A stretch of DNA of 64,000 bases from an uncultured Verrucomicrobiae bacterium (GCA_963726745.1 CAVSDR010000003.1:32001-96000), one strand, 5' to 3'; counted from the stretch's first letter, positions 10,520-21,301 are shown. A program made the numbers and translations. The notes: generated by a model from the letters alone, not told the origin.

Positions 10520-11025
10520 CCGGCGGCGGGTTCGTTGCCGGGCATCTCCTGGAGGATGAACTCCTGGAGGAAGCCGTAGAAATTGATCTGGAAAAGGCTC
10601 AAGTCACGGCGTGACCCGATGGGCGAGCGATATTGATCGCCCAGCTCCGCCTCGGTAAAGCCATAGCGCGCGGCGATCACCAGGCGCGCCTGGTTGAGCG
10701 CGCTCAGCCAGGCCTCGGCATGCGCCAGCGGGATGCGCAGCGAACAATTGGCGAACGGTTTCGCCTGCCCGTCGAGCGGCTTTAAATCCGCGCTCACCGT
10801 TTCGGTGGCGTGGCGAAAGAGACGGCGCAATTCCGGTTGCACATAGACCTTCCACTCCGCGCAGATTTCGCTCTCGCCGGCGGCGGCCGGTCGGCTGAAA
10901 AGGCGCGCCTGCGCCGGCTCACTCCCATCGGTCTTGGCGCTTTCCGGGATTTGCCGGAGGAGCTCGGCCAGAAAGGGATCGATCTCCGCAATCTCGAGCA
11001 CGTCATCTTGCCGCCTAAGTTCCAT
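10516..11025 (-). CDS. DUF2017-family protein
   Basis: ARLFSRP...EWKVYVQPELRRLF...AEAWLSALNQARLVIA...YGFLQE; sits immediately downstream of clpS, the usual context. Confidence 0.7.
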   Translation of the reverse strand: MELRRQDDVLEIAEIDPFLAELLRQIPESAKTDGSEPAQARLFSRPAAAGESEICAEWKVYVQPELRRLFRHATETVSADLKPLDGQAKPFANCSLRIPLAHAEAWLSALNQARLVIAARYGFTEAELGDQYRSPIGSRRDLSLFQINFYGFLQEFILQEMPGNEPAAG

Positions 11026-11028
11026 TGC

Positions 11029-11382
11029 TTATGCCGTGCGTTCGATCGTCGCCAGCAGGAGGTAACCGTGCAGCTGCTGCACGTAAAGCTCGCCCCGTTC
11101 GCGCGCGCCCGTCCAGACAATCGAGCGCCCTTGCTCGTGCACCTCGAGCATGTGCTGCTCGGCTTTCTCGCGCGGCATCCCGAAGACTTTCTGGAAGACC
11201 ATAGTCACGTAACTCATGAGGTTAATCGGATCGTTATGCACCACCACCTGCCAGGGAAGATCGATCGCCTCCTGGGTTCTGGTGTCCTGCTCGATCGTGG
11301 GAGCGGCGCCGGCCTGGAACTTTGCCCTAACGAGTGCTTCGCCAGCGGTGCCCGTGCCGGCTCGCCCTGGCTGCCAACTCAT
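11029..11382 (-). CDS. clpS: ATP-dependent Clp protease adaptor ClpS (start approximate)
   Basis: PWQVVVHNDPINLMSYVTMVFQKVFG...MLEVHEQGRSIV. Confidence 0.9.
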   Translation of the reverse strand: MSWQPGRAGTGTAGEALVRAKFQAGAAPTIEQDTRTQEAIDLPWQVVVHNDPINLMSYVTMVFQKVFGMPREKAEQHMLEVHEQGRSIVWTGARERGELYVQQLHGYLLLATIERTA

Positions 11383-11411
11383 CTTGCAGGCTAACATACG
11401 GCGTCGGCTCT

Positions 11412-11843
11412 TCAAACCGCGCGCGCCCTGGTCGCGGCCAGCAGGCGCCGCTGCGTCGTCTCCATCCGTGCCGCCTCGGCAGGCGCGTGGTCGTCGTAAC
11501 CGTGCAGGTGCAGCAGCCCATGGAGAATGTAGAGCCGCACTTCCTCCTCCAGCTCGCTGCCAAATTCCCGCGCCTGCCGCGCGGCCGTCTCCGTGCTCAC
11601 AAAAATCTCGCCATGCTGGAAGGTGATCACATCCGTCGGTCCTTCGATGTCCATGAACTGCCGGTGCAGCGCCGCGATCCGGCGATCGGAGACGAGCACG
11701 ACATGCACCTCCGCGAGCGTAGCCAGGACACTCTCGCCGCCGGCCGGCTCGGCTCGCACGAGATCGAGCGCGCGCGCGCAAAACGCCCGAAGCTCGCCTA
11801 ACGAGAGCCGCACTTTTCGTTGCGCGTTCTGCAGCTGGATCAC
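11412..11843 (-). CDS. ybeY: rRNA maturation endoribonuclease YbeY
   Basis: GPTDVITF and HGLLHLHGYDDH metal-binding motif. Confidence 0.92.
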   Translation of the reverse strand: MIQLQNAQRKVRLSLGELRAFCARALDLVRAEPAGGESVLATLAEVHVVLVSDRRIAALHRQFMDIEGPTDVITFQHGEIFVSTETAARQAREFGSELEEEVRLYILHGLLHLHGYDDHAPAEAARMETTQRRLLAATRARAV

Positions 11844-12787
11844 CGGCTCGCGACTCCTTCCGCGAGCGCCCGCAGTTCCTCGTAGAGCAGGGCGAGCCGC
11901 GGCATCTCGGCGCCGGCAGCCAGCGCCTGCCGCAGCGGCTCGCCCCAGATCGATTCCACTTCGAGCACGCGCCCGGCTTCGAAATCGACCAGGGTCGACG
12001 GTTTGTAGGCGCCCATCTTTTCCGTGCGCTTGATCTGCTCGAGCGCTTCCGCCGTGGGCAGGGCATAACCACAGCGGTTCGCGGCCGCGATGACTTCGTC
12101 CATCAGCGCGAGCACTTCCGCGCGGGTCTCGTCGCGGGCCAGGAGCGCGGCGGTATCGACGCCGCCGCGAGCCACGCAGAGGCCGTTAAAGGGGATGTTC
12201 CAGACGAGCTTGCGCCAGCGTTCGAGCGCAAGATTAGCCGTTACACTGCAAACCACCCCGGAGCGCTTGAATTCCCACGCGACCTCATGCGTCCGCGGGA
12301 GCGGATAGCCGGCATATTCACCGAGCACGACCCGCCCGGTGCCGTATTGCTCGATCACGCCCGGCGCGGTCCGGATAAGGCAGGTAAAACAAAGCCCGCC
12401 AAGGATGCGTTCCGCGCCGAAGTGTTCGGCAAGGAAGGCTTCGTTGCCGAGGCCGTTCTGGAGGGTGAGGAGCATCGTGTTCTCCTTCAAGAGCGGCGGC
12501 AAAAGCCGCGGCAACTCCTCGTTAGCCGTCGTCTTCAGCGCGATGATCACGAGGTCGCACGGCCCGATCTCCGCAGTCGACGAAGCGCATTGCACCTTCG
12601 CCAGGCGGAAGCTTTCCGCCTTCCCGCGCACGCGCAAACCGAACCGCCGGACGTCGCGCAGGTCGCCGCGCATGAGGAAATGCACGTCGCGCCCGAAGTA
12701 GGCCAGCTTTGCGCCGTAGTAGCCGCCGATCGCGCCCGCGCCGACGACGGCGATGCGGAAATTTGGAAGCACGTAGCGGGCTCTCAT
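11840..12787 (-). CDS. panE: 2-dehydropantoate 2-reductase
   Basis: VVGAGAIGGYYG, LTLQNGLGNE, WRKLVWNIPFN, YKPSTLVD, LEVESI. Confidence 0.9.
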   Translation of the reverse strand: MRARYVLPNFRIAVVGAGAIGGYYGAKLAYFGRDVHFLMRGDLRDVRRFGLRVRGKAESFRLAKVQCASSTAEIGPCDLVIIALKTTANEELPRLLPPLLKENTMLLTLQNGLGNEAFLAEHFGAERILGGLCFTCLIRTAPGVIEQYGTGRVVLGEYAGYPLPRTHEVAWEFKRSGVVCSVTANLALERWRKLVWNIPFNGLCVARGGVDTAALLARDETRAEVLALMDEVIAAANRCGYALPTAEALEQIKRTEKMGAYKPSTLVDFEAGRVLEVESIWGEPLRQALAAGAEMPRLALLYEELRALAEGVASR

Positions 12788-14059
12788 GCGGGCGGCCGTT
12801 GCTCTGCCTGGAAGTTTCGCGTGATCAAGCGCGCGCCTTTATTGAAGGTCAGGTAAGCCCAGGCCCACTGCAGGAGCACGGCCACGCGATTGCGGAAGCC
12901 GACCAGGAAAATCACATGCACGAAAAGCCACGCGAGCCACGCGGGCAGGCCGCTGAAGTGGACCCAGCGAAGATCAGCCACCGCTTTGTTCCGCCCGATC
13001 GTGGCCATGCTCCCCTTGTCCCAATAGCAGAAAGGCTGCGGCTTGCGGCCTTCGATCATGCCCAGAATGTTGCGCGCGGCATGCCGGCCTTGCTGCATCG
13101 CCACGGGCGAGACGCCGGGGAGCGGCTGGCCGGTTTGGTGGGGGAAGTTGGCCAGGTCGCCGATCACCTGGACCTCGGGGTGATCCGGGATCGTGAGGTC
13201 GGCGTTCACGAGCACGCGGCCGGCGCGGTCGACCGGCGCGCCGAGGGTGCGGCCTAACGAGGAAGCGGTATTACCCGCGGCCCAGATTTTTACCCGGCAG
13301 GGAATGAACTTGCCGGCTATTTCCAGGCCTTCCTCGGTTAAATTCTCCGCGTGCACCCCGGTGATGATCTCGACGCCTAACGACTGGAGCTGCCGTTGCG
13401 CACTCGCCGAGAGATCCTCCGGGAAGCCGGAGAGGACGCGCTCGCTCCCCTCGATCAGGAGCACGCGCGCGTCCGAGGGATCGATGTGGCGGTAGTCTTT
13501 GGCGAGGGTAAAGCGAGCGATCTCGGCGATGGCGCCGGCCATTTCCACACCCGTCGGCCCGCCGCCGATGATCGCAAAGGTCATCGAGGCCGCGCGCGCC
13601 GCGGCGTCCGGCAGGCGGTCGGCTAATTCGAAGGCGAGCAGAAGGCGCCGTCTAATTTCGACCGCATCTTCGAGGCTCTTCAAGCCCGGGGCGAGGCGCT
13701 CCCATTGTTCGTTCCCGAAATAGGAATGCCGCGAGCCAGTGGCGACGATCAGGTAGTCGTAGGGAATCTCGCGGTCGATCGGTACTCACGGTGCGCGCGG
13801 CCACATCGATCGAGCGCGCCTCCGTCAACATCACGTCCACGTTCGGGAATTTGCTGATCACCCCGCGGATCGGCGCGGCGATGTCCGCCGGCGAGAGCGC
13901 CGCCGTGGCCACCTGGTAGAGCAGTGGCTGGAAAAGATGGTAGTTCGTGCGGTCGAGGATGAGCTGGCGCACCGGCGCCCGCCCGAGCACCTTGGCCGCC
14001 TCCAATCCGCCAAACCCGGCTCCAATGATCACCACCTGCGGCTGCTCCTCCGTTTGCAT
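12784..14059 (-). CDS. ndh: Type II NADH dehydrogenase; frameshift near 13780
   Basis: VIIGAGFGG..NYHLFQPLLYQVATA in one frame; IIGGGPTGVEMAG, WAAG, DKGSMATIGR in the next. Confidence 0.9.
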
Positions 14060-14173
14060 TCGCCCAACGCTCCGCAGAAGCGCGCGCGAGGCGAGCAGTT
14101 TTCCGGCAGCCGGCAAAATCCTGCCGCGGAAAGCAGTTGAAGGCGCAAATTCTTGCCCTACAGTTCGCGCCTT

Positions 14174-14383
14174 ATGCCGAAGCCGATAGCGCGTAGCAAG
14201 ACCCGCAAAGCCGTTGCCAAGCGATTCAAAATCACTGCGACCGGTAAGGTCATGCGTTCCCACGCCTCCCGCCGGCACCTGCTCTCCTCGAAGAGCGCCA
14301 AGCGGAAGCGCCACATGGCGAAGTCGGCTGTAGTCGACTCGACCGATACCGCCCGGATCAAGGCGAACATGCCTTTCGCCTAA
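14174..14383 (+). CDS. rpmI: 50S ribosomal protein L35
   Basis: MPK...KTRKAVAKRFKITATGKV...RRHLLSSKSAKRKR. Confidence 0.93.
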   Translation: MPKPIARSKTRKAVAKRFKITATGKVMRSHASRRHLLSSKSAKRKRHMAKSAVVDSTDTARIKANMPFA

Positions 14384-14416
14384 GCGAAGGCCCGGCGGCC
14401 AGCGGCTGCTCCGTCC

Positions 14417-14659
14417 CTAATGTCCCGGCTGCGGCAGGGTCTCTTCCGGGAAGGTAATGACCCCGTGATTTTGCGTGCCCGGATCGGCCGGCGTGGCTCG
14501 GTGCGTCGCGGGACTCGTGGCCGGCAGGCGCGTCGGCGGCGCGTGGCGATGCCAGAGCTCATACCCTTCCGCGGGCGAGCGATAGAGATCGCGCCGATTC
14601 TCCAGGGTGGTGCAGGAAGCACAGGCGATAACGCAAGCGAGGAGCAGGAGCGATTTCAC
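14417..14659 (-). CDS. Small lipoprotein
   Basis: GTG start, MKSLLLLACVIACASC lipobox, then TTLENRRDLY and a Pro/Thr-rich tail. Confidence 0.6.
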   Translation of the reverse strand: MKSLLLLACVIACASCTTLENRRDLYRSPAEGYELWHRHAPPTRLPATSPATHRATPADPGTQNHGVITFPEETLPQPGH

Positions 14660-14756
14660 GCGGGGATGCAAACAGATGCCACTCCGGGTGTCAATGAATG
14701 CGCGGGGCTTGAAAATGGCGATTGCGCAGCGTGCCGCTCGCGCCAATCTTTCTGCT

Positions 14757-14850
14757 CCGTCAGGGGCTATGGACTGCGGACTTACGAATCCCGCCAGGGC
14801 AGGAATGCAGCAACGGTAGTTTGATCCGCTTTGCCGTAGTTCTCTGGCGG
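14757..14850 (+). ncRNA. ffs: Signal recognition particle RNA (small bacterial 4.5S type)
   Basis: Helix-8 core CCGCCAGG-GCA-GGAA-TGC-AGCAACGG inside a long hairpin (ccgtcaggggctatgg pairs with ccgtagttctctggcgg), followed by a T-rich tail. Confidence 0.85.
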
Positions 14851-15010
14851 TCTTTCTTTGTCCACGCGCAAAGCCCGCGGCCCAGAAACCGCCGGACACG
14901 GGTTCGCTTCACGCCCACACCGACTCACCGCCCACGGGAGCTCCGGTTTGCCGACCGGGTCGGCCGCGGCCAATTACCGCCAGCTCTTCAGGCTGGCTCA
15001 CTTCCCGCTA

Positions 15011-15040
15011 CGGAAACTAGGTGCACTGAGAGAGTTTCCG
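15011..15040. promoter_or_regulatory. Putative TetR operator (inverted repeat)
   Basis: CGGAAACT-N14-AGTTTCCG, a perfect 8-bp inverted repeat 30 bp upstream of the TetR ATG. Confidence 0.55.
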
Positions 15041-15070
15041 CAGTAGTCTGCTTTGCCAGTCCCCCGCATA

Positions 15071-15850
15071 ATGAGAACGCCCCATCGCACCGCTCGTTCC
15101 TCCCGGGAAGCTGCGGCTGCTGCTTCCACCGCACTCCCGAAGCCGCGGAAGCCTGCGCGACGGGTTCGCGGGGCGGCTATCACAAGGGCGTCGGCTCAAC
15201 CACCGTCTCTTCCCCACACTTCCCTCCCGGAGGGTAGCTCCGCGAAAGGCAAGGCCCGCCGGCTTTCGCTTCGGGCGCGGATGTTGCAGGCCGCCGGCGC
15301 GCACTTTTTCCATCACGGTTTCCGTAGCGTGACGATGGACGACCTGGCGGCGGAGCTGGGCGTGAGCAAGAAGACGCTCTACGCGCATTTCCCCGGCAAG
15401 GAAGCGCTGCTCGAGGCCGTCTTGCGGGAGAAATTCGCCCGGGTGGACGATCACCTTGGGGCGGTGCAGATCGCGGGCGGCGGCAATTTTGCCGTCATTC
15501 TCCGCGCGATGCTCGAGACCATGGAGCGCGAGCTGGGCGAATTGCAGCCGCCCTTCGTGCGCGACATGCGCCTGAAGGCGCCCCACCTTTTCGCTCGCCT
15601 CGAGGAACGGCGGGCGCGCCTCGTGGAGACGCATTTCGGCGCCCTGTTTCGCGCGGGACAACGCTCCGGTCATGTGCGCCGCGACCTTCCCAGCCACCTC
15701 ATGATCGAACTCCTCCTGGCCGCGCTCCACGCGATCGTCACGCCGCCCCGCCTGGCGGCGCTCCGGCTTTCGCCGCGGGAAGCTTTTGCCGACATCCTCG
15801 GGATCGTCCTCCACGGCGTGCTCGTGCCGGCCAAGAAAGGCGCCCGATGA
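15071..15850 (+). CDS. TetR/AcrR-family regulator (start uncertain)
   Basis: GFRSVTMDDLAAELGVSKKTLYAHFPGKEALL helix-turn-helix. Confidence 0.9.
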   Translation: MRTPHRTARSSREAAAAASTALPKPRKPARRVRGAAITRASAQPPSLPHTSLPEGSSAKGKARRLSLRARMLQAAGAHFFHHGFRSVTMDDLAAELGVSKKTLYAHFPGKEALLEAVLREKFARVDDHLGAVQIAGGGNFAVILRAMLETMERELGELQPPFVRDMRLKAPHLFARLEERRARLVETHFGALFRAGQRSGHVRRDLPSHLMIELLLAALHAIVTPPRLAALRLSPREAFADILGIVLHGVLVPAKKGAR

Positions 15851-16614
15851 AGTCGCTGGCTCTTTTTGCCCTAACGAGTGCGGCCTTCCTCCTCGGCGCC
15901 TGCCGGAAGACCGCGCCGTCGGATCGCGTGCAAGGCTACGTGGAAGGGGAATACGTCTACGTGAGCCCGGCGCTTGGGGGTGTCCTTGCCGAGCTTGCGG
16001 TGCAGCGCGGCCAGGAGGTGGCCGCCGGCCAGCTGCTCTTTGTCCTCGATGCGACCAAGGAAGAGGCCGCGCATGACCTGGCGCAGTCTGCCTTACAGCT
16101 TTCCGAGGCGGAGTTTGCCCGCCAGGAAAAGCTCTTCCGCATGGGCCCGGCGGCGGCGCAGGATTTCGACCGCGCCCGCGCTGCGCGCGACCAGGATCGC
16201 CAGCGTCTCGCGCAGGCCGCGTGGAACCTCGCGCAGATGCACCAGCAGGCGCCGGCGGCGGGGCTGGTTTTCGACACGCTTTATCGAGCGGGTGAATGGG
16301 TGCCCGCCGGCAAGCCGGTGGTCGCGCTCCTGCCCCCCGCGAATCTCAAGGTGCGCGCCTTCGTCCCCGAGCGTCGCATCGGCTCGATCCACCCGGGCGA
16401 CGCGGCGCGGGTTTTTGTCGATGGCGTGGACGCGCCGTTTTCCGGGCGCGTCAGCTACATCTCGCCGCGGGCCGAGTTCACCCCGCCGGTGATCTACAGC
16501 CGCGAGAGCCGGGAGAAATTTGTCTTCCTGGTGGAGTGCGCTTTCCCGCCGGAAATAGCCGGCAAGTTGCACCCCGGCCAGCCGGTCGATGTCGAGTTCG
16601 CGACGGCGCCATGA
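15847..16614 (+). CDS. HlyD-family membrane fusion lipoprotein
   Basis: LLGAC lipobox; QGYVEGEYVYV; YISPRAEFTPPVIYS; LHPGQPVDV. Confidence 0.9.
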   Translation: MKSLALFALTSAAFLLGACRKTAPSDRVQGYVEGEYVYVSPALGGVLAELAVQRGQEVAAGQLLFVLDATKEEAAHDLAQSALQLSEAEFARQEKLFRMGPAAAQDFDRARAARDQDRQRLAQAAWNLAQMHQQAPAAGLVFDTLYRAGEWVPAGKPVVALLPPANLKVRAFVPERRIGSIHPGDAARVFVDGVDAPFSGRVSYISPRAEFTPPVIYSRESREKFVFLVECAFPPEIAGKLHPGQPVDVEFATAP

Positions 16615-17540
16615 ATGCATCCGCGCCCGCGATCGACGTCGAGGGCATGACCAAGCGCTTCGGCACGCGCACGGTGGTCGACGGCGTCGACCTGCGGGTC
16701 CGCTCCGGCGAGATCTACGGTTTCCTCGGCCCGAATGGCAGCGGCAAGACGACCTTCCTGCGGATGCTCTGCGGGCTGCTCCGGGCGGATGGCGGCCGCG
16801 GCCAGGTGCTCGGGCATGACGTGATCGCGGAGAGCGAGTCGATCAAGCGCGAGGTCGGCTACATGACCCAGCGGTTCAGTTTTTGGGAAGACCTGAGCAT
16901 CGAGGAGAACCTCGACTTCGTCGCGCGCATGTACGCCGTCCCACAGCGGCGCGCGGCGGTGCGCGCGAGCCTCGAGGAGCTTGGCCTAACGAATCGTCGA
17001 AAGCAGCTCGCGGGGCAACTTTCCGGCGGCTGGAAGCAACGCCTCGCGCTCGCCGCCTGCCTGCTGCACCAGCCGAAGTTGCTCCTCCTGGATGAGCCGA
17101 CCGCGGGCGTGGACCCGAAGGCGCGGCGCGATTTCTGGGAACAGATTCACGTGCTCGCGGCCCGCGGCCTTACCTTCCTGATCACGACCCACTACATGGA
17201 TGAAGCCGAGCGCTGCCATCGCCTGGCCTACATTTCCTACGGGAAGCTTTTAGCCGACGGCACGGTCGCCGAGGTGATCGCGCAGGTTGGCCTAACGACC
17301 TGGTCGGTCAGCGGCCCGGACCTGCCGGGCTTGGCCGAGCGCCTGCGCGCGCAGCCCGGCGTGCAGCAAGCAGTCGCCTTCGGAAATTCGCTCCATGTGA
17401 GCAGCGACGACGCCGCGGCGCTGGCGCAGGCGATCGCGCCCTTCCGCGCCGCGCCGTACGATTGGCGCGAGATTCCCTCGGGCCTGGAGGACGCTTTCAT
17501 CAGTTTGATGAGCAGCTCGCGCGACAACTTCACCTCGTGA
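16611..17540 (+). CDS. ABC transporter ATP-binding protein
   Basis: GPNGSGKTT, LSGGWKQR, LLLDEPT. Confidence 0.93.
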   Translation: MNASAPAIDVEGMTKRFGTRTVVDGVDLRVRSGEIYGFLGPNGSGKTTFLRMLCGLLRADGGRGQVLGHDVIAESESIKREVGYMTQRFSFWEDLSIEENLDFVARMYAVPQRRAAVRASLEELGLTNRRKQLAGQLSGGWKQRLALAACLLHQPKLLLLDEPTAGVDPKARRDFWEQIHVLAARGLTFLITTHYMDEAERCHRLAYISYGKLLADGTVAEVIAQVGLTTWSVSGPDLPGLAERLRAQPGVQQAVAFGNSLHVSSDDAAALAQAIAPFRAAPYDWREIPSGLEDAFISLMSSSRDNFTS

Positions 17541-18678
17541 AACGTCACCCGCGCTTCTCCTTTGCCCGCCTGCGCGGGATCATCTTCAAGGAGTTCACGC
17601 AGATGCGGCGCGACCGCCTCACCTTCGCGATGATGCTCGGGATTCCGCTCATCCAGCTGACGCTTTTCGGCTACGCGATCAATTCCGACCCGCGGCATCT
17701 GCCCACGGCGGTGCTGCTGGCGGATCGCGGACCGTTCGGGCGCACCGTGCTTTCAGCGATGCAAAACAGCACTTACTTCGATTTCGTGCGCACGTCGCGA
17801 GCGAACCGGAGGCGCAGGAACTCCTGGCTCGCGGAGAAGTGCAATTCGTCGTCAATATCCCCGAGAGCTTCTCGCGCGATCTCCTGCGGGGCGAGCGGCC
17901 GGCGCTCCTGGTCGAGGCGGACGCGACCGATCCCGCGGCCACGGGCAACGCGCTCGGCTCGTTAGGCAGCGTGATCAACACGGCCCTGCGCCACGATTTG
18001 CTCGGCCCCCTCGCCGCGCTCAACGCCACCGACGGGCCGGTCGACCTGCGGGTGCACGCGCGTTACAACCCGGAGATCGTGACCCAATACAACATCGTCC
18101 CGGGACTCATGGGCGTGATCCTGACCATGACCATGATCATGATCACCGGCCTCGCAATTACCCGCGAACGCGAGCGCGGAACGATGGAGAATTTGCTCTC
18201 CATGCCCACGCGGCCGAGCGAGGTGCTCATCGGCAAGATCGTGCCGTATATCCTCGTGGGTTACGTGCAGGTCGCGGTGATTCTGCTCGCGGCGCACTTC
18301 CTTTTTCACGTGCCGATGCAGGGCAGCATCCTTCTGCTCCTGGCGATCTCGCTCGTCTTCATCGCGGCCAATCTCGCCATGGGAATCACTTTCTCGACCG
18401 TCGCGAAGAATCAGCTCCAGGCGATGCAGATGACTTTCTTCGTCTTTCTCCCTTCCATCTTGCTGTCTGGTTTCATGTTTCCGTTTCGCGGAATGCCGCG
18501 CTGGGCCCAAACAGTCGGCGAGATCTTCCCGCTGACCCATTTCCTCCGGATCGTCCGCGGAATCCTGCTGAAAGGAAACGGCCTCGCAGAAGTGCTTCCG
18601 GAGCTCTGGCCGCTCGCGCTCTTCGCGCTCGTCATGGTAACGATCGGTGTGAAGCGCTACCGCCAGACGCTCGACTAG
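17537..18678 (+). CDS. ABC-2 permease (YbhS-like); frameshift near 17795
   Basis: KEFTQMRRDRLT...; YNIVPGLMG, ITRERERGTME, LSGFMFPF. Confidence 0.88.
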
Positions 18679-18726
18679 CGATCCGGCCTTGCCCCGGCCG
18701 CGCGCGAAGGCGAAAACTTCTGCCCT

Positions 18727-20566
18727 GTGCTCCTGCTGCCCGCGCTCAAAAAACATTTCGGCTACGACGAATTCCGGCCGTTGCAGGAGGAGATCATCCG
18801 CGACGCGCTCGCCGGCCGCGACGTCTTCGCGCTCATGCCGACGGGCGGCGGGAAGTCGCTCTGCTTCCAGTTGCCCGCGATCCTGCGCGAGGGCCTCACG
18901 ATCGTGATCTCGCCGCTTATTTCCCTGATGAAGGATCAGGTGGACGCGCTCCAGGCCAGCGGCGTAGCAGCGACTTTCCTCAACTCTTCGCTCGACGGGC
19001 AGGACGCGCGCAGCCGCCTGCGCGGACTCTACAACGGCGAATATCGCCTGCTCTACGTCGCGCCCGAGCGGTTGATGTTGCCGTCATTTCTCGAGCGGGC
19101 GCTCGAGTGGAAGATCGCCCAGATCGCGATCGACGAGGCGCATTGCATCAGCGAGTGGGGCCACGATTTTCGGCCGGAATATCGCGAGCTGAAGAAGATC
19201 CGCGCGCACCTCCCGGACGTGCCGGTGATGGCCCTGACCGCGACCGCGACCGAGCGCGTGCGCGAGGACATCCTCAAGCAGCTCCAGCTGCGCGAGCCGC
19301 AGATTTACGTGGCCAGCTTCGACCGCCCGAACCTGACCTATCGCGTGATCCCGAAGGCCGAGCCGTATGAGCAGCTGCGCGACCTTCATCGAGGCGCGGC
19401 CGGACGAGAGCGGGATCGTTTATTGCGCGAGCCGGAAGAGCGCCGATTCGCTGGCTAAAAAGCTGCACGAAGACGGCATCGCGGCGAAGCCCTACCACGC
19501 CGGCCTCGAGGGCGCGGAGCGCGCGCGCCACCAGGAGATGTTCCTGCGCGACGACGTGCGTGTGGTCACGGCCACGATCGCTTTCGGGATGGGGATTAAT
19601 AAGCCGAACGTGCGCTTCGTGGTGCACTACGACCTCCCGAAAAACATCGAGAGCTACTACCAGGAAACCGGGCGCGCGGGACGCGATGGCTTGCCGAGCG
19701 AATGCGTTCTCCTCTTCAGCGCGGCCGACGTGGTCAAGCAAACGCGGTTCATCGAGGAGAAGGGCGAGCAGGAACAACGGATCGCGCATGAGCAGCTCCG
19801 GCAGATGGTGCATTTCGCCGAGACCCGCGAGTGCCGCCGCACCGTTCTCCTGCGCTATTTCGCCGAGGAACGGCCGGACGAATCGTGCAACGGCTGCGAC
19901 AATTGCCTGACCCCGCGGGAGACTTTTGACGGCACGATCGCGGCGCAAAAATTCCTCTCCTGCGTCGCGCGGGTGCAGCAGAAGAGCGGCTTCGGTTTTG
20001 GGCTCAACCACATCATCGAGGTGCTGGTGGGCGCGAAGACGGACGCGGTCCGCCAGCGGGGCCACGATACGCTCTCGACCTACGGCATCGGGCACGACAT
20101 CCGCCGCGAGGCCTGGCAGGGCATCGGCCGCGAGCTCGTGCGCATGGGCCTGCTGGAGGCCGCGCCGGGGAAATTCGCGACCTTGAGCCTAACGAGTGAA
20201 GGAATGGAAGCGCTGCGCGCGCGCACCCCGATCACGCTCACGAAGCAGCCGGACGTGGCCCAAAAAGCCCGCGGCGCGCGCGCCGGCACGATCGAGTGCG
20301 ACGAGGCCCTCTTCGAGAATCTGCGCACGCTCCGCCGCCAGCTCGCGGATGAGCGCAACGTCCCGGCTTACGTGATCTTTTCCGATGTCGCCCTGCGCGA
20401 GATGGCCCGGAGCTATCCGACGAGCACCGCGGAATTCCGCCGCATTCCCGGCGTGGGCGAGCAGAAGCTGCGCGATTTTGCCGACACTTTCATCGCCGCG
20501 ATCCGGGACTACCTCGCCAGCCACGAGCGGCAAAGCTTCGGCACGGCCATCCCGCGAAAGCGCTGA
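18727..20566 (+). CDS. recQ: DNA helicase RecQ; frameshift near 19380
   Basis: MPTGGGKSLCFQLP, DEAHCISEWGHDFRPEY, ATIAFGMGINK, YYQETGRAGRDG, CNGCDNC and an HRDC domain. Confidence 0.95.
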
Positions 20567-20575
20567 AGTTGCTGC

Positions 20576-21121
20576 CTAACGAGTCCGGCGCTTGAGCGGA
20601 TCTTCCAGGGTGAGCGCCGCGGCGTGGAACGGCCCGGCGGTCAATTGCGGCGCGACTTCGGCGGGGGTGGCGGTGTATTTGTAAAGCGTTGCCTCGGTCG
20701 GCTCGACGAACTCGGCCTGCTTCACTGCGAGCGGCGACTTGAGGATTTTCGAAAGCTCCTGCGCGAGCACGATGGCGATCGCCCGCGGGTCGCGGGTGTA
20801 GACCGGAATGGGGAAGCCGCCGGAATTGCGATCGTAGCCGTAAATCGTGCCCTCGGTTTCCCAGACGCAATAAGCGTGGCCGGCCGGGTGGTTGTCGTAG
20901 CGCACGAGCAGGATCTTGGTCCAGAAATTCGGCTCGAGCTCGTGCTTCGTTTTCACCAGCGCGAGGTAATTGCAGGCTGAGACGACGCAGCCGTTCAAGA
21001 CCACGAGGTCGCCTTCTTTCGGCTCGAGCAGGACCACTTTGTCCGGGCCACAGGCGGTCAGGCAAACGAGGAGCAGACCCAAAAGGGCAAAGCGGCGGCA
21101 ATTTTTTGAAAGGGAGGGCAT
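20576..21121 (-). CDS. Lipoprotein with a possible transglutaminase/papain-like Cys-His-Asp core
   Basis: LVCLTAC lipobox; NGCVVSA...GHAYCVW...IYGYD. Confidence 0.55.
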   Translation of the reverse strand: MPSLSKNCRRFALLGLLLVCLTACGPDKVVLLEPKEGDLVVLNGCVVSACNYLALVKTKHELEPNFWTKILLVRYDNHPAGHAYCVWETEGTIYGYDRNSGGFPIPVYTRDPRAIAIVLAQELSKILKSPLAVKQAEFVEPTEATLYKYTATPAEVAPQLTAGPFHAAALTLEDPLKRRTR

Positions 21122-21301
21122 AAAAGTCGCGGAAACAGACAGCAACCTCGGAGGGCTGCGCGCAGGGACAAATCCCACCCTAGCACCAGCGCGCGCGGAC
21201 TGGATAGCGGTCTTTTTTCGCATCCCCACGCGGCCTGCGGGACGAGCGAATCTCCTCGCAGAATCAGGGAAAATCCGGCTGAATACGGGATCAATTCCCC
21301 C

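Noticed and set aside
11029..12072. 347-aa ORF as an extended ClpS fusion
   Set aside because: The upstream part overlaps ybeY and panE in another frame on the same strand; only the last ~118 codons or fewer resemble ClpS.
14722..15237. Protein-coding ORFs between the lipoprotein and TetR genes
   Set aside because: The region is explained by the SRP RNA and promoter/operator DNA; the translations look non-protein-like.
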